NCBI GenBank assembly: GCA_910576935.1
Contig: CAJTKG010000010.1
Coordinates: forward strand, 14,918 to 78,917
Direction of reading: 5' to 3'
Length of the DNA: 64,000 nt
Source of the DNA: an uncultured Muribaculaceae bacterium
GTDB lineage: Bacteria > Bacteroidota > Bacteroidia > Bacteroidales > Muribaculaceae
Below the pieces are notes generated by a model. It was not told the DNA's origin. It ran no database searches and saw only the letters and a list, made by a program, of their open reading frames with translations. Position numbers and translations under genes: made by a program. Positions 51,226 to 61,100 of the stretch are shown here, piece by piece (position 1 is the first letter of the stretch; each line of letters starts with the position of its first letter).

Positions 51226-52040
51226 CACTCGATCTCGCTCTCGTCACATGGCAGCCCGAAGGCATTGCCCGCGTCGCAACCCAACAGCTGCCGCGTCTCG
51301 ACGGTGTGCGGTATATCGTCTCGTGGCAATGTCACGGCAACGCCCCGATTCCTGACAGTCTCGCCTCCCGCGACGACGTCGAGATATACCGCTGCGAACT
51401 GACAGGTGTGGCCAACAATCGCAACAACGCCGTCGACCATTGCCGGGGCGACATCATCCTCATGGCCGACGACGACATTACATACGACGCTGACGCTCTC
51501 CGCGCTGTCATCGGCATCTTCGAGCGACATAACGACGTAGACCTCGTCACGTTGCGCTACGACAGTTCGCGCCATAAGCCGTATCCTGCCGCCGAGACCG
51601 CTCTCACGCTGCCTTTGCCCGTCGATTATTGGGTGAGCACCGTCGAAATTGCCGTGCGTCGCGACTCTGCTGCCGGGCGCCTGCGTTTCTGTCCCGAGCT
51701 CGGCCCGGGAGCGCTCTATCCGGCCGCCGAAGATGAAGTCTTCTTTCTCGCCGCCATGCGCCGGGGCATCAGATGCCATTATTTCCCTGTCAGCATAGGT
51801 CGCCATCCCGACCTCTCGAGCGGCGCCGCTCCTATAGGCTCAAAAGCATATTACAAGGCTATAGGTATTTTTCTCTCGCTCTGTTACGGCGCGTCTGCGC
51901 CGTTGCGCGCCGTCATCCGCTCATGGCGTCTGCGCCGTCAAGGGCGAGCCCCCTTTTTCCGTTCGCTCATTTACATACTCAGGGGCATAACCGAAGCCTC
52001 CGACATGAAACAACGTAACCGACAATACCTATGGCCATAA
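51222..52040 (+). CDS. Putative GT-A-fold glycosyltransferase (paralogue 1)
   Basis: 272 aa with NNRNNA and a DxD-like ILMADDDITYD motif. A 4-nt overlap joins it to the previous gene. Confidence 0.5.
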   Translation: MTLDLALVTWQPEGIARVATQQLPRLDGVRYIVSWQCHGNAPIPDSLASRDDVEIYRCELTGVANNRNNAVDHCRGDIILMADDDITYDADALRAVIGIFERHNDVDLVTLRYDSSRHKPYPAAETALTLPLPVDYWVSTVEIAVRRDSAAGRLRFCPELGPGALYPAAEDEVFFLAAMRRGIRCHYFPVSIGRHPDLSSGAAPIGSKAYYKAIGIFLSLCYGASAPLRAVIRSWRLRRQGRAPFFRSLIYILRGITEASDMKQRNRQYLWP

Positions 52041-52861
52041 GACCTCTGACTCTCGATCTCGCTATCGTCACCTGGCAGCCCGAAGGCATTGCACGCGTGG
52101 CAGCCCGACAGCTGCCGCGCATACCCGGTGTCCGTTATGTCATCTCATGGCAGTGTCACGGCGGCGCACCCATCCCCGACAGCCTTACAACCCGCGACGA
52201 CGTCGAGATTCACCGCTGCGAGCTGACAGGCATATCGAATAACCGCAATAATGCCATCGGCCACTGCCGTGGCGACATCATCCTCATGGCTGACGACGAC
52301 ATCGACTATGACGATGACGGCCTGCGCCGGGTGCTGTGCGCTTTCCGCGATAACCCGAGACTCGAGATGGCGACATTCAGATTTGACGGCGCGGGAGACA
52401 AACCTTATCCGACGGCAGAGACCGATTTAAGATTTCCGCTGCCCTACGGTTTTTGGGTCAGCTCGGTCGAGATCGCCGTACGGAGTCACAGCAATGCCGG
52501 CCGACTCAGATTCTGCCCCGAACTCGGGCTCGGCGCCCGCTTTCCCGTAGCCGAAGACGAATTTTATATCCTCTCGGCCTTACGACGTGGCGTCATACCA
52601 CGCTTTTTTCCTGTCGTCATCGGGCACCACAACGGCCCGACAAGCGGTTGCCGACCTATATCCTCAAATGCCGCCCTCGAAGCCCTCGGCATCTATGTCG
52701 GCCTGACCTACGGCTACAACGCACCACTGCGCGTCTATACCCGCGCCCGCCTCATAAAACGTCAGCGTCGCGCATCGTTCCTACGGGCTATTTTCGGCAT
52801 CATGTCGGGCATCTTTAAAGCTCGCGCGTTCAGACAAAGAAACAAAGAGTATCTATGGTGA
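52031..52861 (+). CDS. Putative GT-A-fold glycosyltransferase (paralogue 2, tandem duplicate)
   Basis: 276 aa, colinear with 51222-52040. The two share long identical runs (VTWQPEGIARVA, SWQCHG, RGDIILMADDDI, AGRLRFCPELG). Confidence 0.5.
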   Translation: MAIRPLTLDLAIVTWQPEGIARVAARQLPRIPGVRYVISWQCHGGAPIPDSLTTRDDVEIHRCELTGISNNRNNAIGHCRGDIILMADDDIDYDDDGLRRVLCAFRDNPRLEMATFRFDGAGDKPYPTAETDLRFPLPYGFWVSSVEIAVRSHSNAGRLRFCPELGLGARFPVAEDEFYILSALRRGVIPRFFPVVIGHHNGPTSGCRPISSNAALEALGIYVGLTYGYNAPLRVYTRARLIKRQRRASFLRAIFGIMSGIFKARAFRQRNKEYLW

Positions 52862-53766
52862 AGATCAGCCTCATAATACCCGTCTACAACCGCGCCGACG
52901 TAGTCACGGCGACACTCGCCTCTGTCGCCGCCCAGACATCACGCGATTTCGAACTTATTCTCGTCGACAACAATTCAACCGACGACACACTCGCCGTACT
53001 GCATCGTTGGCGCGACAGCATGGCCGACAGCGGGCTGACAGTCAGAATCCTCGAGTGTGCGACGCCGGGGGCATCGGCGGCACGGAATATCGGTCTGGCA
53101 GCGGCTTCAGCTCCTTGGACAATGTTTTTCGACTCTGACGACACGATGCGGCCACGCCATATAGCCCGCGCCATCGAGGCTATCGACGCTCATCCCGACG
53201 CATCTCTGATCGGATGGAACATAATGCTACACGAAGGCTCGAAAGTCTCGATCAAGACATTCATGCCCGACAATCTGGCACGTCGCAACATCTTCGAAGG
53301 CTCAATGGCGCCGCAACGCTACTGTATCGACACCGCGCTCGCACGCCGCGCCGGAGGATGGAACGAGAGCGTCATGCGTTGGAACGACATAGAATATGGA
53401 CAGCGCATCATCGCCCTTGACCCTGTCACCGTCTTCGCCGGCAACGAAATCACTGTCGACGTGATCGCCGGCGCCAGATCGATAACAGGCACGGGCTTTG
53501 CCGCCGACGCCGCCCGGCTTGATCATGCCCTCGACACTATAAAAACAACCCTCGGCGCTCCGGCAGGAGACATCATCGAGCTTAAACGCGCCATCACCGC
53601 CGGATTATGTGCCCGCGAAGACCGCGCCACCGGGCGTGCGATGCTCTCGCGGGCCCTCGCCGCCACATCACGTCGCCGTCTCCGCCTGTTGCTTCACGCA
53701 GCCTTCAGCTACACAGCCATGGGCGGACGAGGTGCCGGACGGCTCTTCTTACCCCTTTACCACTGA
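52855..53766 (+). CDS. Family 2 glycosyltransferase
   Basis: ISLIIPVYNRADVVTATLASVAAQTSRDFELILVDNNSTDDT and FFDSDD (DxD). Confidence 0.85.
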   Translation: MVKISLIIPVYNRADVVTATLASVAAQTSRDFELILVDNNSTDDTLAVLHRWRDSMADSGLTVRILECATPGASAARNIGLAAASAPWTMFFDSDDTMRPRHIARAIEAIDAHPDASLIGWNIMLHEGSKVSIKTFMPDNLARRNIFEGSMAPQRYCIDTALARRAGGWNESVMRWNDIEYGQRIIALDPVTVFAGNEITVDVIAGARSITGTGFAADAARLDHALDTIKTTLGAPAGDIIELKRAITAGLCAREDRATGRAMLSRALAATSRRRLRLLLHAAFSYTAMGGRGAGRLFLPLYH

Positions 53767-53786
53767 TTTTAACCTTGACACTACCA

Positions 53787-54830
53787 ATGACACACTATCA
53801 CGACAAACACTTCAACACTCATGAGAATATGCTCTACCGTCAGGCCGACCGCCTCGCCGACCGACGCAAGGCCGACGACGGCGACAACTCGTGCCACTGC
53901 CGGCGCTGCGGAGCGTTATTGACATCAGGAGCCGCTTTCTGCGAAGACTGCGGTGAATCGGTGTCGTCATCACACGCGTGCTCACACTGTCACGCCGAAA
54001 TACCTCGGGGCATGACTATCTGTCCATCGTGCGGCCACAGCCTAAACGCCGGCAACTGCACATTCTGCGGCGCTCCTGTAGACCCCGGCGACCGCTTTTG
54101 CACCGAGTGCGGCAATCCGCGCGACGGCCTGCGCTGTCCCCGATGCGGCGCTCATAATCAGCGAAGTTTCTGTCGTGTATGCTCGCATCCGCTCAACGAC
54201 ATGGCCTTGAAGATGCTCGAGCGGGTCAAAGACGACCCGCTCGTGGCCGAGGCACACCGCCTTGCTCTCGAGCTGGCCGAACTCGAAGCCACGCTTGCCG
54301 ACGCCGGCCTCACTGACCCCGGCAACGACGCCGGCCGATCATCAACCGATTACGTCAGCAACGTCATCAATCTTTCAGAGGATGAAAAACGTATTCTCGC
54401 CGACTATGAGAGCCTTATGTCGATGGCGGCCGGCATTCCTGTCGACAGCGGTGCAGCCAAAGACGCGGTTGATGCCGGTTTTGCCATAAAAGAACGCCGA
54501 CGCTTCAGCGTCAGCGAAACATCGGTCACCGACCTCATCTCAGCCTACCGCCTCAAGGCACAGGAGATGCAGGCCGCTCTCGACGCCATAGTGCCTGACG
54601 AGGCGATGAACGCCGAAGAGCAGCGCAATTTCTTTACCGCCTGCCATATCGTCGTAATGAAAGAAGTAACGACTCGCAGCCGCGTCAAAGACGGCTGGAT
54701 ATGCAACTGGTGCGGCTGCCATCACACTACTCCGACTGAATGCTGTAGGCCTGAACTCGGCGGCAAGTGGATTTACCGCGAAATCGAAGTCAAGACCCGA
54801 GCCGCAGGCATAGGCAGCGTAAACATCTGA
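53787..54830 (+). CDS. Multi-zinc-ribbon protein (four tandem CxxC..CxxC ribbons + C-terminal Cys cluster)
   Basis: The ATG at 53787 (MTHYHDKHF) is the likely start. The ribbons are CHCRRCG..FCEDCG, CSHCH..CPSCG, CTFCG..FCTECG and CPRCG..FCRVCS. The C-terminal cluster is CNWCGCHH..ECC. The track ORF start at 53607 overlaps the GT2 gene. Confidence 0.7.
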   Translation: MTHYHDKHFNTHENMLYRQADRLADRRKADDGDNSCHCRRCGALLTSGAAFCEDCGESVSSSHACSHCHAEIPRGMTICPSCGHSLNAGNCTFCGAPVDPGDRFCTECGNPRDGLRCPRCGAHNQRSFCRVCSHPLNDMALKMLERVKDDPLVAEAHRLALELAELEATLADAGLTDPGNDAGRSSTDYVSNVINLSEDEKRILADYESLMSMAAGIPVDSGAAKDAVDAGFAIKERRRFSVSETSVTDLISAYRLKAQEMQAALDAIVPDEAMNAEEQRNFFTACHIVVMKEVTTRSRVKDGWICNWCGCHHTTPTECCRPELGGKWIYREIEVKTRAAGIGSVNI

Positions 54831-54845
54831 TATAACTTTTATGCT

Positions 54846-57800
54846 ATGAGCACCAAAACACCCATACCGTCACCTCCGCCGTCAACATCACCGACCGGTA
54901 CAGCCGGCTTCGAAGACCTCGGTTCGGGGACTTATATCGCCACCGGAGGAACGGCGATAGCTACCGGAGGAACGGCCGTGGTCAACGACAATGGCGGTGG
55001 TGCGCCACTCCCTGACGACCGCCCCGGCTACAGGCTCGGGAAACTCGACTTCAAAGTAATAAAGCGCCTGTCGTCGGCCACGGGCGAGGCGTCTGTGTTT
55101 TTAGCCGAAAACGGCGGCAATAAATTCGCCATCAAGCTTTACCGACCGGGGCATCGCCCCGACGACGGAGTCATCTATCGTCTTTGCCGCGCCCGAGGCA
55201 ACGGCCTGACCGTCGACGTCTATGACCATGGCGTATGGCATGACCCCGACGCCCCGTCGGTAGAACGATACTATGAAGTTCAGCGCTACTACCCCGCCGG
55301 CGGTCTCGGGCAAGAGAACATCCGCGGCGACGAGCTGCGATTCCGCGAGATAGCGCTCAATATGGCTTCGGCCATTGATTTCTGTCACAGCCACAGAATA
55401 TTACACCGCGACATCAAACCGGCCAATTTCCTCTATGCCGACGGCTCTCACCGCCGGTTCGTTCTCGCTGACTTCGGCATCGCACGCGGCATCGCCGCCG
55501 ACGGCCGTTGCAAGATCGACAGCGGCCGCACACCTGTCTATGCCGCACCCGAATGCTATATCAGCATCGACCGCCGTCTCATCGACGTCGACCGCAAGAG
55601 CGACTACTATGCCATGGGCATGTCGCTCCTCGCCCTCTGGATAGGCGAAGACAGCCTGCGCGGCAACGAGCGCGAACTCATCATGAAGAAACAGAACGAG
55701 GCTCTGCCCTACCCCGACGACATGTCGGCCCACAGTCTCTCGCTCATCAAGGCGCTCACACGTCGCGACATATCGCAGCGCGCCGATTTTGCCACCATAA
55801 AACGCTGGGCCGCAGGCGAGACTGTCTTCGACATGTCAGACTATCACAAAAACGCCACAGGATTCAGAATCATTTTCAACTCGTCGCGCAACATGGTGGC
55901 AAACAGTCCCGCCGAGCTGGCCGCCATGATGTGGGCCGAACCTGCTTTGGCCATAAAATATCTATATAGCGGCACACTGAAGAAATGGTTCGCCGACCTT
56001 GGACGCCCCGAGACGGCTGTCGAGATCGACAATATCGCCGAAGAACTATATCCACACAACCATAAAGCCGGCCTTTTCGCGGCTTGCCTGCTGCTCGACC
56101 CCGACATGCCGTTCACAGGCATCAAAGGCAACAGCATCGTAACCCCCGTCGACATCGCCGCCGAACTGTGGGCCAACGCCTCGACCTACAAAGAACTGCT
56201 GACCGGCGCCGACGCGCTGCTCTATGTCTACATGCGCTCGTGTGGTCTCGACAATCTCGCCGACAAATATCCGCGTCTTATAGGCCGCGACGCCGACTGC
56301 TATCTCTTCGACCTTATATATACCCTCGACCCTTCGCTGCCTTATCCCGTAAAAGACAAAAAAGGCAAATGGCACAATGCCCGCAGCGTCAACGATATTA
56401 TCGCCGTCGCCCACGACCCCGGACTCGACCCCGTAACGCTCAAGCTGATCAGAGGAGACGATTTTGTCAACTGGCTCTCGGCACGCGACAAAGCCCTCGC
56501 CGGCAAAGTCGCCGAAACCGCTCGACGCACACACGACGGCTGGGCAACGCTCTATGCCCTTGCGCCGGCGGCGTCTTATAATTTCGTCACCGACTCCAAC
56601 GCCATCGACTATCTCTTCACACCCGCGCAGATCGCCGAAGAGATAAGCCGCGAGATGGCCGGTCTTTCGACCCTCGGTCTTAAACTCACCGAGCAGCTGG
56701 GCCACAGCGCCTTCGACGGCTCTCGTCTCCACCGCTATCTCGAGTCGAAAGGTAAATTTGACCGGCAGATAAGTTGGGTTCGCTACTGCAAAGATCTCAC
56801 ATCGACCGACAACGCCGGCAAGATCGGTCCTTACAACGACGACATCGCCACATATAAAATCATACGCGGCTGGGGAGGTTCGTGCCCCTACTATCCCTCG
56901 CAGGGACACGGCCGCAAACTCTTGAGTCTAGCCGACGTCGACAGATGTCCGTCACAGATATTACACTTCGAGAAACAGCGGCTGCCCGACTGGCTGACAG
57001 GATTCTTCCAGGAAAACCCATCGGCCGACTACAAGCGGCGGTCATATGCCGACCTTACGGGCGACTATTATGACTACCTCGTCAGACGACTGCCCGACTG
57101 CAACTACATCGCACGGTCGGCAAAGCTCGCCGCCACACTCAAAACAGCCATCGACGACGAGAAAAAGGCATGGAAGAATATAAGAACGATACAGTGGCTT
57201 ACCGTCCTGCTTTGCTTCGTCCCCATGCTAGCCACATTTATCATACTGTTCGTCACCGGTTTCAGCAACATCAGCCGGGCGCTGCGTCCGCTCATCGAGG
57301 CCTCGGGCCACTATGTCGGCATCGCCCTCGGCATCATCGGCGGCCTGGCAAGTCTGGCTTCCTCGCGCCCCAATCTTATTGCCGCAGGCATCGTCGGACT
57401 CATCATCTACGGCATCACGGTCTTCGTATTCAAATTTCTCGTTTTCCTCGCTCCGTGGCTGTTGGCAGCCCTGCTTGCGGTCGCAATCTGGTATTTCGGC
57501 CGCGACATCTTCACCTCCACCAAAAAGAAAGCAATGGCCGGCGTGTCTGCGTCATCGTTGAACGACACCGTGCGCCTCAGGCTCATGGGCGAGGCTTTCG
57601 GCACGACTTCAAAAATTTTCAAGCACAACAGCCCCGGCGATCTGCTCGACATGCTCCGGAACAGTACCGGCGAGGCGCGCTCCAAAATCAGGAAGATGCT
57701 GCGCTGCGGCGCAGTGTTGCTTGTGCTGTCGGCCGCCACAGTGGCCTTCAACATCTTCGTCACGCCATCACTCCTCGACAGCCGCGACGCCGCAGACGAA

Positions 57801-58136
57801 ATAAAGTCAGACTATATCGCCGAAATCTCCACATCGGTCCTCGACGGAGTCTGGACCGGCACGTTCGACGGTGTCGGCGCCACGATGACCGTCGCGACTT
57901 CCGACGGAGTCACACGCGCAAAAATCGTCATCTCATACACGACGCCGTTGCACCAGAGTGTAACAATTAAACCGTCAGGCAGCAACGGAGTCTCCATGAC
58001 GGTCATCTCATCGACGGGAGCCGTGAGCGGCCGGTATGACGCCACAATAACCTCAGACAACGGCTATATGACAGGCAAATATATTAACCCGACGACAGGG
58101 CGATCGCTCTTCTTCCAATTCTCAAAACAACCGTGA
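54846..58136 (+). CDS. Membrane-anchored Hanks-type Ser/Thr protein kinase with long helical repeat region, ~5 TM helices and small C-terminal beta domain
   Basis: FAIKLY (VAIK Lys), HRILHRDIKPANFL, LADFGIAR and TPVYAAPE. TM helices are encoded at about 57170-57760. The C-terminal roughly 110 aa are beta-rich. Confidence 0.85.
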   Translation: MSTKTPIPSPPPSTSPTGTAGFEDLGSGTYIATGGTAIATGGTAVVNDNGGGAPLPDDRPGYRLGKLDFKVIKRLSSATGEASVFLAENGGNKFAIKLYRPGHRPDDGVIYRLCRARGNGLTVDVYDHGVWHDPDAPSVERYYEVQRYYPAGGLGQENIRGDELRFREIALNMASAIDFCHSHRILHRDIKPANFLYADGSHRRFVLADFGIARGIAADGRCKIDSGRTPVYAAPECYISIDRRLIDVDRKSDYYAMGMSLLALWIGEDSLRGNERELIMKKQNEALPYPDDMSAHSLSLIKALTRRDISQRADFATIKRWAAGETVFDMSDYHKNATGFRIIFNSSRNMVANSPAELAAMMWAEPALAIKYLYSGTLKKWFADLGRPETAVEIDNIAEELYPHNHKAGLFAACLLLDPDMPFTGIKGNSIVTPVDIAAELWANASTYKELLTGADALLYVYMRSCGLDNLADKYPRLIGRDADCYLFDLIYTLDPSLPYPVKDKKGKWHNARSVNDIIAVAHDPGLDPVTLKLIRGDDFVNWLSARDKALAGKVAETARRTHDGWATLYALAPAASYNFVTDSNAIDYLFTPAQIAEEISREMAGLSTLGLKLTEQLGHSAFDGSRLHRYLESKGKFDRQISWVRYCKDLTSTDNAGKIGPYNDDIATYKIIRGWGGSCPYYPSQGHGRKLLSLADVDRCPSQILHFEKQRLPDWLTGFFQENPSADYKRRSYADLTGDYYDYLVRRLPDCNYIARSAKLAATLKTAIDDEKKAWKNIRTIQWLTVLLCFVPMLATFIILFVTGFSNISRALRPLIEASGHYVGIALGIIGGLASLASSRPNLIAAGIVGLIIYGITVFVFKFLVFLAPWLLAALLAVAIWYFGRDIFTSTKKKAMAGVSASSLNDTVRLRLMGEAFGTTSKIFKHNSPGDLLDMLRNSTGEARSKIRKMLRCGAVLLVLSAATVAFNIFVTPSLLDSRDAADEIKSDYIAEISTSVLDGVWTGTFDGVGATMTVATSDGVTRAKIVISYTTPLHQSVTIKPSGSNGVSMTVISSTGAVSGRYDATITSDNGYMTGKYINPTTGRSLFFQFSKQP

Positions 58137-61100
58137 ACACCGACAACAACTGCACCCGCTGCGGGGGCGCAAACCGCCCCGAAGCACGTTACTGCAAACA
58201 CTGTGGCAACGCCCTTGCCGCAACTTCAAAACAGTCAATAATCGACAGCATCAAAGGTCAGGCCAACGTCAGGGAACGACTCTCGGACATCTACGACAAG
58301 GCTGTGGCGATAAAAAACCGCGCCGACGCGACCAAAGTGAAGATGCGCCTCGAAATGAATTTCTTCATCACCGGAGCACCCGGCACAGGCAAGACCATGC
58401 TCGCCAACACAATAGCACGTCTGCTGACCGACGCCGGCGTCACATCGCAGCGGCCTCCCGTCACCGTCGACGCTGCCGACTACGAGCAATGGGCAAAAGA
58501 GATAGACAAGAACACCGACGCAATAAAAGACGGCATACTCATCATCGAGAATATCGGCAAACTCACAGGTCGCCAATATAGTGCCGGCGTCTCTCCACTC
58601 GACCCGCTGTTCTCGCGTCTGTCGCGCTGGTATGGCAATCCCGACCGTCCCGTCGTAATCCTGACAGGTCTGACCGACATGGCCGATTTCATGCGAAGCA
58701 ACACCAATGTAGGACGTTACTTCCCGTTTGTTTTCCACCTCGAACCATATACCATCGCCGAGATGGCCGACATCTGCGAGGCCATACTCGTCAACCGCTT
58801 CGGTCTCACCCTCGAGCCGGAGGCCCGCGAGAAACTCGAGCGCGTGTTCATCGACTCGCGCCGCGACCCGTCATCGACTGCCGACAACGGGCATCTCGCT
58901 GCACGCAAGGCCTCGGAAATATCTGTCGAACACACGGCCTATCCGGGCGACGACACCACCGTCGGCCCCGACGAGATTCCCGGCAAAGAGTTCATTGCCA
59001 AAACATTCGAGCAGGTCATCGCCGAGTTTGACAACTATGTCGGCATTGATGAGATCAAAGAGACCGTGCGCACCATAGCGGCCCGTGTCGACCGGCGACG
59101 ACACGCGATCGAAGCCGGCACATCCGACCCCAAGACTCCTCTCATCGACTCACACTACCAATTTCTCGGCAATCCCGGCACAGGCAAGACCACCGTCGCA
59201 CGCATCTTTGCCGACGCGCTCAAATCGCTCGGCGCACTCCCCGTAGGGCAGCTCGTCGAAGTCTCGCGCGATGACCTCGTCAGCAAATATGTCGGTGAGA
59301 CGCCTCAGCTCGTCAAAGCCGCTGTCGAAAGGGCCATAGGCGGTGTGCTCTTCATCGACGAAGCCTATCGGCTCTGCCGCGACAAAAGCGACACTTTCGG
59401 CCTCGAGGCCATCGAGAGCCTGCTTACATACACCGAGAACCGCCGTGGCGAATTCGTGCTCATCATGGCGGGGTATGCCAAAGAGATGGGTGAGCTGTCG
59501 GCCGTAAATGACGGCATAGCCTCGCGCATAAACAATGTGGTCTATTTCCGTGACTACAAACCCGAAGAACTAACCGAAATATTCCGACGCATGCTCGCCT
59601 CTACACCCGAGCGTTTCACCGTGCCCCCCGAGACCGATGCCCGACTGATCAACGTCTTCAACCGCATGTATCAGACACGCACCTCAAAATTCGGCAACGC
59701 CCGCGACGTGCGTAACGTGCTGACCACGGCCATCTCGCGCCACGCCGCCCGCATCGCCGCCCAAGGCCCGGCCGACGTCGACGACAACGTCCTGACTCTC
59801 AACGATATCGACCCCGGGGCGACATCGACCCCGACGACAGCCGACGAGATACTCGCGCCTCTCGACGGCCTCATTGGCATGGACAGTGTCCGCAGCCGTC
59901 TGCGCGCCCTCGCCAACAAGATGATCAAAGACCGCCGCCGCGCCGCCGCGCGCCCCGGCTCCACCGAGATACCGACAGTTCACATCGCCCTAACCGGCAA
60001 TCCCGGCACAGGAAAGACCGAGGTCGCCAAACGACTCGGCCGCGTATTCAAGGCAATGGGAATACTGCCGTCCGACAAAGTCGTCTTCCGCGAGCGCAAA
60101 ACCCTCCTCGACAGCTACTCCAACTCGGCCGCCGTCAACATGGACAAAGCCGTCGACGAAGCCATCGGCGGAGTCCTCTTCATCGACGAGGCATACAACC
60201 TCATGCCACTCGACCCCGGGGGCCGCGACAACATAGGCGCTCAGGCCGTCGAAGCCCTTATGACCCGTATGGTCAACGATGCCGGTAAATTCATCACCGT
60301 CATCGCCGGCTACAAAAATCTCATCGAAGAGTTTGTCAACAACGCCAACCCGGGGCTCAAAAGCCGCTTCACCACGTTCATCGATATTCCCGATTACAAC
60401 GCTTCCGAACTGTTCGACATCTACATGCAGCAGGTCGAACGCCGGGGCTACACTCTCACCCCCGAAGCCGTCGGGCGTCTGAAGCTTAAAATCGACGAAA
60501 TGATAACGTCGAAAGACGAGAGATTTGCCAATGCCCGCGACATCATAGCCCTGTTCAACGAGACATGCCTCCGGCAGGACTCACGTGTCGACGTCGACGC
60601 CCCCGTCGACCAACTCTATCTCATCACCGAAGACGATATCCCCTACACCCCGCCGCGCAAAATAGACCTCGCCGACTGCCTCGGCCGTCTCGACGATCTT
60701 ATCGGTCTCGACAGCGTCAAAAAATCGCTGCGCGACCTCGCCGACAGCATCACAGTCGAGCAACAGCGCGCAGCCATCGAAGGACGTCGGCCCGAATATG
60801 TCTACGACCACTACCTTTTCGTCGGCAATCCGGGGACAGGCAAAACAACCGTCGCCCGCATCATGGGCGAGATCATGCACTCGCTCGGTCTGCTACCGAG
60901 CAACAAAGTCATCGAAACCGTCGCCAAAGACTATATCGCGGGCTATGTGGGACAGACGGCACGTCAGACAGAGATCACCGTCAACCGCGCTCTCGGCGGT
61001 ATCCTCTTCATCGACGAGGCATACGGCCTCAACGACGGGCCGGGCGGATTCGGCAAAGACGTAATGCCGACACTTCTCACCAAACTTCTCGACTACAAAG

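Noticed and set aside
53607-53786. Upstream extension of the zinc-ribbon ORF (track start 53607)
   Set aside because: It overlaps the 3' end of the GT2 gene in another frame and encodes an Arg/Pro-rich sequence. The ATG at 53787, 21 nt after the GT2 stop, is the plausible start.
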